From contig CADCGT010000006.1 in the NCBI GenBank assembly GCA_902801125.1, forward strand, positions 578-64,577: DNA of 64,000 nucleotides. The letters are read 5' to 3'. The position numbers and the translations under genes are program-made. How positions within the stretch are numbered: the first letter of the stretch is position 1; each line of letters begins with the position of its first letter. The notes beneath the pieces are model-generated. The model was not told the origin of the DNA and searched no databases. It saw only the letters and a list, made by a program, of their open reading frames with translations. This DNA comes from an uncultured Pseudomonadota bacterium (GTDB taxonomy: Bacteria; Pseudomonadota; Alphaproteobacteria; Rs-D84). Below, piece by piece: positions 12,444 to 21,229 of the stretch.

Positions 12444-13335
12444 GATATGTTTCGTTATTGTATTTAATATTTACCGTATTATTTGCCGCGCCAGGCAACA
12501 TATTTACATGACAAACCGTACCATTTACAAAACCGATATTTATAGATGGTGTTGTCACAGATTCCCCATATACAGGCAAATTTACCCCGGTTGATGTTCG
12601 CAAAGAATTGGCACCACCGGTGCATGGTAATTGCGGTGTACACAAATCGGGAATATTTGGTGCCATATATCGCAGGCATAAATCTGTATCGGTGGATGCG
12701 GAATAATTTGTTCCACACGTGCCGTCCGAACCCGCCCGCACATAGGCGGCATTTGGAAGGACCGCATAATAATTGTCCGGACAATTATCAACCGGATATG
12801 CCACGCAACCATTTGCCGTTGGGTAATATCCAACCGCACATTTTGCCGACCCCAAACCACGATTTGTTAAATAAGAAATTTCTTGCCGGGTTGCGACGGG
12901 CTGATACCCGGTGGTACACGAACCCGCAATCGATTGAATAAAAGTAAACGCATCATTTATTTCGCCATCCAGATAACCCGATGCACAATCATTTTGGACA
13001 TTATTCACGCATGCACCGTTTTCATACCTTTGGCCCGCACCACAATTTATGTGGTCCGATATGGGATATACAAATTCATTTGTAATAATCGTTGGAACAT
13101 ATCCGGAATTCGTTCCGCAACCGCCGGCAAATGAAGTAATTAAACTGTCCACTGCGATATCCGCCACAACATACCCGGCACGGCATGTATCACCACGCGC
13201 CACAAATGGCGCAATACAAAACATACAAAAAATTGCATATATCTGCTTCAATTTCCCCCCAAAGGCAACAAAACAACCGCCAATGAAAACTGACGGTCGG
13301 GGTGTTAGCAAATCACACAAAAGAAATGACCCCAA
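12430..13335 (-). CDS. secreted Cys/Gly/Tyr-rich protein with repeated CxxGY modules; start uncertain (a TTG near 13245 is possible)
   Basis: Overlaps the downstream paralog by 14 nt, which suggests an operon. Repeats CRAGY, CASGY, CTTGY and CAVGYY resemble the Cys-rich modules of the giant protein at 34029..38075. Confidence 0.5.
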   Translation of the reverse strand: MGSFLLCDLLTPRPSVFIGGCFVAFGGKLKQIYAIFCMFCIAPFVARGDTCRAGYVVADIAVDSLITSFAGGCGTNSGYVPTIITNEFVYPISDHINCGAGQRYENGACVNNVQNDCASGYLDGEINDAFTFIQSIAGSCTTGYQPVATRQEISYLTNRGLGSAKCAVGYYPTANGCVAYPVDNCPDNYYAVLPNAAYVRAGSDGTCGTNYSASTDTDLCLRYMAPNIPDLCTPQLPCTGGANSLRTSTGVNLPVYGESVTTPSINIGFVNGTVCHVNMLPGAANNTVNIKYNNETYHGVE

Positions 13336-13611
13336 CGGCCTTTGGTTAAACCTGTGGTATAGCCGTCGGCACCCCGACGGTCAAATTAATTCCGCCAGGG
13401 ATACAATAAAAGACGCATAAAGCGTCCCCATCGTGTGGATACGACACGCGTGCCGCCTTTTGTGTTGGCCTGCTAAGGCCCCGAATTCAATTCCCATTGA
13501 ATTCGCTTTTGATATTGCCAAATAAATAAAAACAACGCAAGCAAAAAAACACAAAAAAAATCCCGTCGGTGGTGTCGGCGGGATTTTTTATATAAAATGT
13601 CCATATAGATT

Positions 13612-13815
13612 TTATCGCACTGGACGCGCAATAAACATAAATATCAACCATATAACCGCGGCAACGCCGATAATGGCATAGACGATATTTGATACCATCG
13701 TTGCCGGTCCAAACAACCACGCAACCAGGTCAAAGCCGAATATACCGACCAATCCCCAATTTATCGCCCCAATAAATGTTAGTGGTGCAAGAATATAATC
13801 TGTTAAACCTTTCAT
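13612..13815 (-). CDS. DUF378-family small membrane protein
   Basis: MKGLTDYILAPLTFIGAINWGLVG is the typical DUF378 N-terminus. GGGAGA SD before ATG 13815. The longer ORF start at 13893 is unlikely. Confidence 0.6.
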   Translation of the reverse strand: MKGLTDYILAPLTFIGAINWGLVGIFGFDLVAWLFGPATMVSNIVYAIIGVAAVIWLIFMFIARPVR

Positions 13816-13907
13816 TTTTTTCTCCCATTGTTGCTTTGTCATAATTGACGATACCATTATACCGCGCACGTGGCATGCATACAATACGAACAAATACCTA
13901 TTAGTGG

Positions 13908-13967
13908 TTAGTGTTAGTGGTTTCTGGAATCAATTGCAAAATTATTCCAGATTTTACTAACCACTAA
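13908..13967. repeat. copy of composite palindromic repeat (heptad arms plus CTGGAAT/ATTCCAG core), lacking the hairpin module
   Basis: TTAGTGGTTAGTGTTAGTGG ... CTGGAATcaattgcaaaattATTCCAG ... ACTAACCACTAA; the arms are reverse complements of each other. Confidence 0.7.
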
Positions 13968-13993
13968 AAAAACGCCCGATTGGGCGTTTTGAA

Positions 13994-14200
13994 TTAGAAT
14001 CCGAAAACCATTCTTTGCTTTGATTGACGTTTCTTTTCGTTGCGAACGGCTTCTTCTTTTAAACGTTTGCGTTTTGTTGTTGGTTTTTCATAACGCTGGC
14101 GTTCTTTCATTTCACGATACAGTCCTTCTTTTTGGGACTTGCGTTTTGCGACGCGCAATGCCTGTTCGACGTTGTTATCACGAACCAGAACCTTTACCAT
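13994..14200 (-). CDS. rpsU: 30S ribosomal protein S21
   Basis: [21 protein letters not shown]...[15 protein letters not shown] matches the S21 pattern. A terminator hairpin ACGCCCGATTGGGCGT lies downstream on the minus strand. Confidence 0.85.
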   Translation of the reverse strand: MVKVLVRDNNVEQALRVAKRKSQKEGLYREMKERQRYEKPTTKRKRLKEEAVRNEKKRQSKQRMVFGF

Positions 14201-14326
14201 AAACTATTCACCCCCTTTTGGTGATGTTGATATTTGTTATCTTGAACGCCGCCCATCTTCGTGCGCGTTGCGCACCCCGCCGCGGCACTAAATTTTCATT
14301 CCTCGCTATGCTTCGGTGAAAATTTG

Positions 14327-14404
14327 TGGTGGAGCTGATGGGACTCAAACCCACGACCTCCTGAATGCAAATCAGGCGCTCTAATCAACTGAGCTACAAC
14401 CCCA
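14327..14404 (-). tRNA. tRNA-Ala (anticodon UGC), CCA encoded
   Basis: Reverse complement is GGGGTTGTAGCTCAGTTGATTAGAGCGCCTGATTTGCATTCAGGAGGTCGTGGGTTTGAGTCCCATCAGCTCCACCA. G3:U70 pair and anticodon loop TTTGCAT. Confidence 0.9.
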
Positions 14405-14502
14405 GAACTCTGTGACGCGTATTTTATGTGTTTTTTATGCGAAAGTCAATAAAAAAATAAATGCTTTACACGCCCACGCCGAGTTTCTATAATCACCATG
14501 CT

Positions 14503-16299
14503 ATGAAAAAAATTATAAACAAAGTTAAGAACTTTATTCACGGTGACGCGTCAAACGCGCGCATCAAATGGTCGCTTTATGGTCGCATCTGGCGCGAAGT
14601 GGGAAAACCCCAATGGAAATGGTTGACGGCGGGTATTATCGCAACCATCTGTGCCGCCGGCGCCGAAGGTTATACTATAACCCTTGTTCAACGCGTTGTA
14701 GACCAGGCGTTTATCGAAAAAAATATGGATTCCACATATATAATCGGTTTGCTGATTATATTGGCGTTCGGATTAAAGGGCGCGTTTGGATATGCGCGTT
14801 CGCTGCTTATGGCCAAGGCGGGACTTACCGCATCGGCCAACCTGCAAAAGCGGATTTATGCACACATGATGCATATGGATGTTTCGGGATTCTATGGGAA
14901 TGGAATCGGAAAATATTTGAATTATTTTAGTGTCCAGGCCGGCGCGGTCTTGAATTTGGTGACGGGGACCATTGTTTCAACCGTGCAACAGATTGCGACA
15001 TTGATTATCACATTGGGCCTTATGATTTATTATGCGCCACAATTGTGTGCAATTTTGGTGTTTTTGGTGCCGGGTCTTATGATACCTATGGTTGCGATTA
15101 TGCGTAAACGTCGGAAACTGTCGCGGCAATCTTTCGGCATTGCAAACAATGTGGCCCAGCAAATAAACCAAACTCTGCGCGGGATGAAGACGATTCAGGC
15201 GTTTTCTAATCAAAAGGCCGAAATTAAACGGTTCGAACGTGTATTGAATGATTCAATCGTCAATTCGTATAAAAGCACCCAGGCCAACGGTCTGCGTTCC
15301 CCGTTGATGGAAATGGTGATTTCAATCGGGCTGTGCCTGGCCATGATTTTGGGTGGGCATTTTATTGTAAGTGGCGCAATCACAACCGGTGATTTTACGG
15401 CGTTTTTGTTGGCTATGACCGCGGCGTATAAACCCGCCAAGGCGATAACCGGCGTTGGTGATACGGTTCAGCATGGATTGCTTGCGGCGGAAATTTTGTT
15501 TGATTTCTTGGACACAAAGCCAACAATTCGCGATACGCGCGATGCAATTGAACTGCGTGCGGTGCAACCGTCGGTGGAATTCAAGAATGTTGATTTTGCC
15601 TATGTTCCCGAAGAACCGGTTTTGCGCGGTATCAACCTGCGCGTGCCGGCGGGCCGGGTTTGCGCCTTGGTCGGGCCAAGTGGCGGCGGTAAAACCACTA
15701 TGTTTAATTTGCTGGAACGGTTTTACGAACCCCAGAATGGAATTATCGCAATAAATGGACGCGACATACGGAAATACACTATTGATTCACTGCGCAGGAA
15801 TATCGCAGAGGTTTCCCAAGATGTATTCTTGTTCAATGATACGATAGAGGCGAACATAAAATATGGCGCGCCGAATGCAACACACGAAGCGGTTGTTGCC
15901 GCCGCGACGGCCGCAAACGCGCATGATTTTATTATGGAATTTCCAAACGGGTATGAATCGCGCGTTGGCGAAGGCGGGGCGTTGCTGTCGGGTGGACAAA
16001 AGCAACGTATCGCAATCGCGCGCGCAATATTAAAAGATGCGCCCATACTGTTATTGGACGAGGCGACATCCGCCCTGGATAGCGAAAGCGAGAAATTGAT
16101 TCAGATGGCATTGCAAGACCTGATGCGGGGACGCACGACGTTCGTGATTGCACACCGTTTGTCGACAATTTTGGATGCAGATATAATCTGTGTTATCAAG
16201 AACGGCCATATCATAGAGCAAGGAACCGACGCAGAATTGGTGGCATTGGACGGTGAGTATAAAAAACTGCGCGATATTCAAATCAAATCCAAGAAGTGA
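14503..16299 (+). CDS. msbA: ABC transporter, fused permease/ATPase (MsbA-like lipid exporter)
   Basis: Six N-terminal TM helices. Walker A GPSGGGKTT, signature LSGGQKQRIAIARA, Walker B ILLLDEATSALD. Confidence 0.8.
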   Translation: MKKIINKVKNFIHGDASNARIKWSLYGRIWREVGKPQWKWLTAGIIATICAAGAEGYTITLVQRVVDQAFIEKNMDSTYIIGLLIILAFGLKGAFGYARSLLMAKAGLTASANLQKRIYAHMMHMDVSGFYGNGIGKYLNYFSVQAGAVLNLVTGTIVSTVQQIATLIITLGLMIYYAPQLCAILVFLVPGLMIPMVAIMRKRRKLSRQSFGIANNVAQQINQTLRGMKTIQAFSNQKAEIKRFERVLNDSIVNSYKSTQANGLRSPLMEMVISIGLCLAMILGGHFIVSGAITTGDFTAFLLAMTAAYKPAKAITGVGDTVQHGLLAAEILFDFLDTKPTIRDTRDAIELRAVQPSVEFKNVDFAYVPEEPVLRGINLRVPAGRVCALVGPSGGGKTTMFNLLERFYEPQNGIIAINGRDIRKYTIDSLRRNIAEVSQDVFLFNDTIEANIKYGAPNATHEAVVAAATAANAHDFIMEFPNGYESRVGEGGALLSGGQKQRIAIARAILKDAPILLLDEATSALDSESEKLIQMALQDLMRGRTTFVIAHRLSTILDADIICVIKNGHIIEQGTDAELVALDGEYKKLRDIQIKSKK

Positions 16300-16302
16300 T
16301 TA

Positions 16303-16361
16303 TCCGTCCCGGCACCGTTGGTGCCGCGGCCGCGATAGGTGTTAGTGGTTAGTGGTTAGTG
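16303..16361. repeat. repeat copy: hairpin module plus GTTAGTG heptad arm, immediately after the msbA stop
   Basis: TCCGTCCCGGCACCGTTGGTGCCGCGGCCGCGATAGG followed by GTTAGTGGTTAGTGGTTAGTG. Near-identical to 20921..20985. Confidence 0.75.
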
Positions 16362-16396
16362 AAAATAAAAACCGACACAAGGTCGGTTTTGATTTT

Positions 16397-16472
16397 TGGT
16401 GGGGCCACAGGGACTCGAACCCTGGACCCAATGATTAAAAGTCATTTGCTCTACCAACTGAGCTATAGCCCC
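16397..16472 (-). tRNA. tRNA-Lys (anticodon UUU), CCA encoded
   Basis: Reverse complement is GGGGCTATAGCTCAGTTGGTAGAGCAAATGACTTTTAATCATTGGGTCCAGGGTTCGAGTCCCTGTGGCCCCACCA. Anticodon loop CTTTTAA. Confidence 0.9.
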
Positions 16473-16563
16473 AGAACTTTCTGTCTTTTTCCAGCAGTTC
16501 GGGGCAAATTATGACACATTTTTATAAAAAATCAAGCAAAAATCACAAAAATTATCATATTTT

Positions 16564-17292
16564 TTATTTTTGTGCGCCCGCCACCGGTGTTGCGGCCGCG
16601 GGCGTCGTCGCGGCGGCAAGTATATCGTCAAAGTTTTTTGCAACATTTGCCCCGGAATCCAGCCAATCGTTCACTGCGATAATAATGTTTTTTATGTGCC
16701 GTGCCACAATCCGCCGATTCCCGCCAAGTTTGTGCATCGCGACCATACGCGACATTTCGCGCGCCATCGCGGCCAGTGTTCGAACCTGGTCCGGGGACAT
16801 GGCATTTTCTTTGCCGAACCCCAACACCAGGTTTTCCAATTCTTCGTAATATTGGCGCAGCAATTCGATATATTCCCCGCGAATCTGCATTTGCCGCGCG
16901 ATGCGTGAATCGGTCCAATTTCGCATAGAAATTATTCCGCCCCGTGTTAGGCGCCCGCGCAATTTCATCATCCGCCGCAGAATCAGTATAACATGCAACA
17001 TAATCGTGTTTATCTTGTCATTCATTCCCGCAACAAGGCTTTCGCGCAGTCGCCGCGACACGCGCGTCGTCGTATAATCATACAGTAAAAATACCAGCGG
17101 TATCGCCAACAATGACGCAGAAATATTGCTTATCAGGCCTTCGATTGCGGGGTCGCGCACATTGTCCAGCGATACCGAAAACAACACCACGCCCCCGGCG
17201 ATAGAAACGATATAGGGCAACACCCGCAACAAGAAATTCCTTATTTTGTTTTTCATTGGCCGAATTTTATCATATCCGCCCCGAATTGTCAT
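16564..17292 (-). CDS. hypothetical membrane protein (two N-terminal TM helices plus a cytoplasmic helical domain)
   Basis: ORF with hydrophobic segments LLRVLPYIVSIAGGVVLFSV and LLAIPLVFLLY. Divergent from the 714-aa orphan gene. Confidence 0.45.
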   Translation of the reverse strand: MTIRGGYDKIRPMKNKIRNFLLRVLPYIVSIAGGVVLFSVSLDNVRDPAIEGLISNISASLLAIPLVFLLYDYTTTRVSRRLRESLVAGMNDKINTIMLHVILILRRMMKLRGRLTRGGIISMRNWTDSRIARQMQIRGEYIELLRQYYEELENLVLGFGKENAMSPDQVRTLAAMAREMSRMVAMHKLGGNRRIVARHIKNIIIAVNDWLDSGANVAKNFDDILAAATTPAAATPVAGAQK

Positions 17293-17391
17293 TGTGGATA
17301 AAATCCGCCGCGTCCTTGAAATCAGTGGTATTTTGTATTATAATAACAGTGTGGGGGGTGCAGGCACCCCCGGAACCCAAGGAGTCGGGCG

Positions 17392-19536
17392 ATGGCAATA
17401 TCTTTAAAAAACAAATTGTTTGATTACTTTGCACAAAGACATTTTGATTTGATGTCGCCAGAGGTGCGCGCCCGTTTTGACGAATATGCAAAAAATGGTG
17501 ACTTCCAAGGGCATATGAAACATTGGAATGATAATTTTGTAGGCGCAATGACACCGGACTTGGTTAATGTGCCAGCTGGCGGGACCAACGAACATCAGTT
17601 GACGCCAGATGAATGGGAAGAATTGTATGACGCATACCAGGAAGCGTTCCAAAATATGGACGTTGAGAAAGTACCAACTGTTGGTTTCGATAATGAATAT
17701 AAAAAGGCAACTAAGGACTTTATCGCGGAATGGTTTGGTAAATTTGCAGATGGCAAAGTTTTTATACAAAAAGAAGCAACTGTTTTTGCTAACGGTGTTT
17801 TATCGGCAGGAGCAAATAATTTAGCTGATTTTTTAGACGCCAACCCTACATTTAAAGATATATTTAAGAGACACCTCAAAGAAACATTTTCCGATATTAG
17901 TTATGGAGATTTTATAAATGGCTTAAGAACCAGTGAATATAACTCCAATACAAAATTTAGAGACAAGGTTATAGCCGTTGTTGAATACATAAGAGATTAT
18001 GGACCACAAGATGGCTATATTGCACCTGATAAATCAAGGTGGCCCGTCGGTGTAGGGTATGCTCCGCATCCTAATGGCGATGGAACATTTACTGCAACGG
18101 CAATCTCGCCGTTGTTGAATGACATATACACACACCCGGATATTGAATCTTGGTTTGAAATAAATCCGGCACAAAAACCAGTATGTGTTCAACGTTTTAA
18201 GGATAATTACACAAAAATATTTGATACGCTTTTGACCAAATCAAAGGTGCGTGAACATTTTTTTGCGCAAACAAACAATCCAATAATAACAGAACCTTTA
18301 AATGAAGCAATTAAACAAACAGATTACGCAAATAAAGATTCAAAAGATTATGTCCCAGAAAAATATCCTGACGAAAAAACTTGGGTACAAAGAATCCAAG
18401 ATTGGAAGGATGACACGTATGAAAACCATTTTAGGCGTTTTACAAACCCAAGTCGTGGCGCCCGTTTGTTTTTTAGTCCTTGGTCACAAAATATTATGAA
18501 AGCGTTTGATAAAGTGAAGATTAAACCAACTGATGGTCTTGAGGGAATATTATCAAAAAAATCTGAAATTTTGGACAAGTTAAAATCCAGTGCGACAGCG
18601 ACAGATTACTTTAAGTGGTTCACTGATACATTGGAAAAATTGAAAAAAAGCATGCCAGAAGCGATAGAGGGTGCATTGCGTAATGGCGGTCAAATGCGAG
18701 AAGTTGTTTCTGCCATAATGGCAGAAGCCGTTGAGAATGGAAAAATCAAAGAAGCCAAAACAGCTTTAGAAGTTTTATCGGTCGCAAAATACGGTCTATC
18801 AACAAGCAGAACCCTAGATAAATTGAGAGAAGATAAGGAATTATTCAATGTTTTTTCTAATAAAGATTTGTCGTGGAACAAAAACGAAGGTGTTAAATTT
18901 GTCACAAATGCAATTGATAAAACCGTTCGCGCCGGTGTGTTGGGGGTTGGTTTGGCGGCTACCGGGGTACGCAATTTAATATCGCGTCAAAGAGCAAAAA
19001 TTGGAAATGATATATCAAAAAATAAGATTTTGAATGATGCACACAAACATTGGAACGAAGAGGATTTGCAAAAAACTACAACGGATAAACGCGATGAAGC
19101 TACGAGAAATTTGGCAGATTTGGCCGCAGGTATAGGTAAATCTGGAACGGTAATTGCAAATGCGGCTGATTTGGCCGCTGCTGAGGTTGCTTTGGGGGGA
19201 ATGGCCGCAGGACCCGCTCGCGATAATCTAGAGGCAGACATCAAATTGTATAAAGAGTCTATAATAAACCAGCACAATGCAAATCAAGAATTAATTGATA
19301 TTGGTAATCGACAAGCAACTCGTGCGGCCGGCGACGATCCATACCAAGAGTTAGTTGCATATTGGCATATGTTGGAAAATGTCGGAAAAACCCATGCATT
19401 TACACTTGGTAGTATGGCCGTTAAACGCAAAAATATGTTAGAACGGGGTGCATCAGGAAAAAGCAAAGCAGAACAAATTTCTGAACAATATTTGGCTGAT
19501 TGGCGATCTAGATTCGGCGCCCTTAGAACTGCATAA
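17392..19536 (+). CDS. large hypothetical protein (714 aa), AT-rich, no signal peptide; candidate secreted effector
   Basis: Long intact ORF with a terminator just downstream and markedly lower GC than its neighbours. No recognisable catalytic motif. Confidence 0.5.
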   Translation: MAISLKNKLFDYFAQRHFDLMSPEVRARFDEYAKNGDFQGHMKHWNDNFVGAMTPDLVNVPAGGTNEHQLTPDEWEELYDAYQEAFQNMDVEKVPTVGFDNEYKKATKDFIAEWFGKFADGKVFIQKEATVFANGVLSAGANNLADFLDANPTFKDIFKRHLKETFSDISYGDFINGLRTSEYNSNTKFRDKVIAVVEYIRDYGPQDGYIAPDKSRWPVGVGYAPHPNGDGTFTATAISPLLNDIYTHPDIESWFEINPAQKPVCVQRFKDNYTKIFDTLLTKSKVREHFFAQTNNPIITEPLNEAIKQTDYANKDSKDYVPEKYPDEKTWVQRIQDWKDDTYENHFRRFTNPSRGARLFFSPWSQNIMKAFDKVKIKPTDGLEGILSKKSEILDKLKSSATATDYFKWFTDTLEKLKKSMPEAIEGALRNGGQMREVVSAIMAEAVENGKIKEAKTALEVLSVAKYGLSTSRTLDKLREDKELFNVFSNKDLSWNKNEGVKFVTNAIDKTVRAGVLGVGLAATGVRNLISRQRAKIGNDISKNKILNDAHKHWNEEDLQKTTTDKRDEATRNLADLAAGIGKSGTVIANAADLAAAEVALGGMAAGPARDNLEADIKLYKESIINQHNANQELIDIGNRQATRAAGDDPYQELVAYWHMLENVGKTHAFTLGSMAVKRKNMLERGASGKSKAEQISEQYLADWRSRFGALRTA

Positions 19537-19544
19537 GCTTTAAT

Positions 19545-19565
19545 CCCCCAACCGGGGGATTTTTT
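19545..19565 (+). terminator. rho-independent terminator
   Basis: CCCCCAACCGGGGG followed by ATTTTTT. Confidence 0.8.
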
Positions 19566-19652
19566 GTGTATAATTTAATTGAAATTCATGGGGGTGGGTG
19601 CTAAACTGGCCCCCGTAATAATTCATTTTAATTTCAACCAAAAGGAAAGAAT

Positions 19653-20912
19653 ATGTATATTATGGCCTTGAACTGTGGTTCGTCCAGTTTGAAATATCAA
19701 ATCTTTGATGCGGATTCTAAAAAACAAATTGTCGGCGGGAATGTCGAAAAAATCGGGTCGCCGGATTCTTTTATCACCCAGAAATACCCCGATGGAACCA
19801 AGCAAAAGAAAGAAACATCTATGAAAGACCATAACGAGGCATTGAATGTTGTTATGGGTATGCTGCGCGCGGCTTCTATTGACATGAATGAAATTCGTGG
19901 TGTTGGTCATCGCGTGGTTATGGGCGGTTCAAAATTCGCGTCTTCGGTGGAAATAAATAACGATGTTATGCGCGAAATTGAAAAGTGGCGCAATTTGATG
20001 CCGTTGCATATTCCGGCATCCCTTATGGGTATCGAAAGTGCGCGTCAAATGTTGCCAAACGCGACCCAGGTTGCCGTGTTTGATACCGCATTTATGCAGA
20101 CTATGCCAGAATACGCGTATCGATATGCGGTGCCGGATGCGTGGTATCGCAATTTGGGCGTGCGCCGCTATGGTTTCCACGGAACAAGCCACCTGTACGT
20201 ATCAAAGCGCGCGGCGGTGATGTTGGGCAAACCGGCGTCTGAATGTAATTTGATTACTATGCACATTGGTTCGGGTGCGTCGGGCGTCGCAATTAAAAAC
20301 GGCGTTGCGGTTGATACCACTTTGGGTATGACGCCGACCGCGGGGCTTATGATGGGAACACGGCCGGGCGATGTTGATGCGGGCGCGTTGCTTTATGTCA
20401 TGGAACAATTGAATTTGACCCCGGAACAAATGACAAAACATTTAAACAAAGATTCGGGGCACCTTGGGATTACAAAGTGCTTTGCGGACCGTCGCGATGT
20501 TGAAGAAAACCGCGAATCCAATCCAGACTGTAAATTGGCCTTGGAAATGGAGGTTCACACCGTCAAGAAATACATCGGTGCATTTATGGCCGAACTGGGG
20601 CATGTTGATGCGTTGGTCTTTACGGCGGGCGTTGGCGAAAACGATGATTACCTGCGCGGGCAATTCTGTTCGGGGTTGGAAGAATTGGGTATCAAATTGG
20701 ATGCCGAGAAAAACAAAAAGGCATTGGCGCGCCTTGATGCCGGCGAATGTGAAATTTCCACACCGGATTCCCGCGTGAAAGTATTTATGATTCCAACAAA
20801 CGAAGAAATCGTTATCGTGGAAGATACGTTGGGCATTATGAATAAAACCTATGATGCGAATCACCTTAAAATGAACTATTCTTTTGCGAAAATGAACGAC
20901 AAACAGAGATAG
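19653..20912 (+). CDS. ackA: acetate kinase
   Basis: ALNCGSSSLKYQIF N-terminus, the HLG...S motif and the overall ASKHA pattern. Confidence 0.9.
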   Translation: MYIMALNCGSSSLKYQIFDADSKKQIVGGNVEKIGSPDSFITQKYPDGTKQKKETSMKDHNEALNVVMGMLRAASIDMNEIRGVGHRVVMGGSKFASSVEINNDVMREIEKWRNLMPLHIPASLMGIESARQMLPNATQVAVFDTAFMQTMPEYAYRYAVPDAWYRNLGVRRYGFHGTSHLYVSKRAAVMLGKPASECNLITMHIGSGASGVAIKNGVAVDTTLGMTPTAGLMMGTRPGDVDAGALLYVMEQLNLTPEQMTKHLNKDSGHLGITKCFADRRDVEENRESNPDCKLALEMEVHTVKKYIGAFMAELGHVDALVFTAGVGENDDYLRGQFCSGLEELGIKLDAEKNKKALARLDAGECEISTPDSRVKVFMIPTNEEIVIVEDTLGIMNKTYDANHLKMNYSFAKMNDKQR

Positions 20913-21058
20913 TTGTTAGTCCGTCCCGGCACCGTTGGTGCCGCGGCCGCGACGGGTGTTAGTGTAAGTGGATAGTGGTTAGTGGGGTTTGGAATTAGTT
21001 TGTGATTATGAACTTATTCCAGAAATCACTAGCCACTAACACTATCTACTAATCACTG
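20913..21058. repeat. full-length composite palindromic repeat (hairpin module, heptad arm, core IR, complementary heptad arm), immediately after the ackA stop
   Basis: TCCGTCCCGGCACCGTTGGTGCCGCGGCCGCGACGGG; GTTAGTGTAAGTGGATAGTGGTTAGTGG; TTGGAAT...ATTCCAG; TCACTAGCCACTAACACTATCTACTAATCACTG. Confidence 0.75.
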
Positions 21059-21060
21059 TT

Positions 21061-21229
21061 TTTCCCTTGTGTTTTTGATAAAAACCGTGTATCATTTGCG
21101 ATGTGGTGCGGTTGGTATGCACCGCGAAAGTCCCGCAATCACTGATTCACTGCAAATAAAGTTATTTAACTTTATTCGTAATGGAATCACGTGATTGCGG
21201 AAATGTTAAATACAAAAAAAGGATTATAA
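21061..21229 (+). promoter_or_regulatory. structured 5' leader of rnj (nested inverted repeats)
   Basis: CCGCAATCAC ... GTGATTGCGG, a 10-bp long-range pair, encloses AATAAAGTTA/TAACTTTATT, and CACCGCG lies upstream. Confidence 0.4.

Noticed and set aside
12479-13134. Several 80-130-aa ORFs on both strands inside 12430..13335
   Set aside because: They are nested in or antisense to the Cys-rich secreted gene, which forms an operon with the two paralogs.
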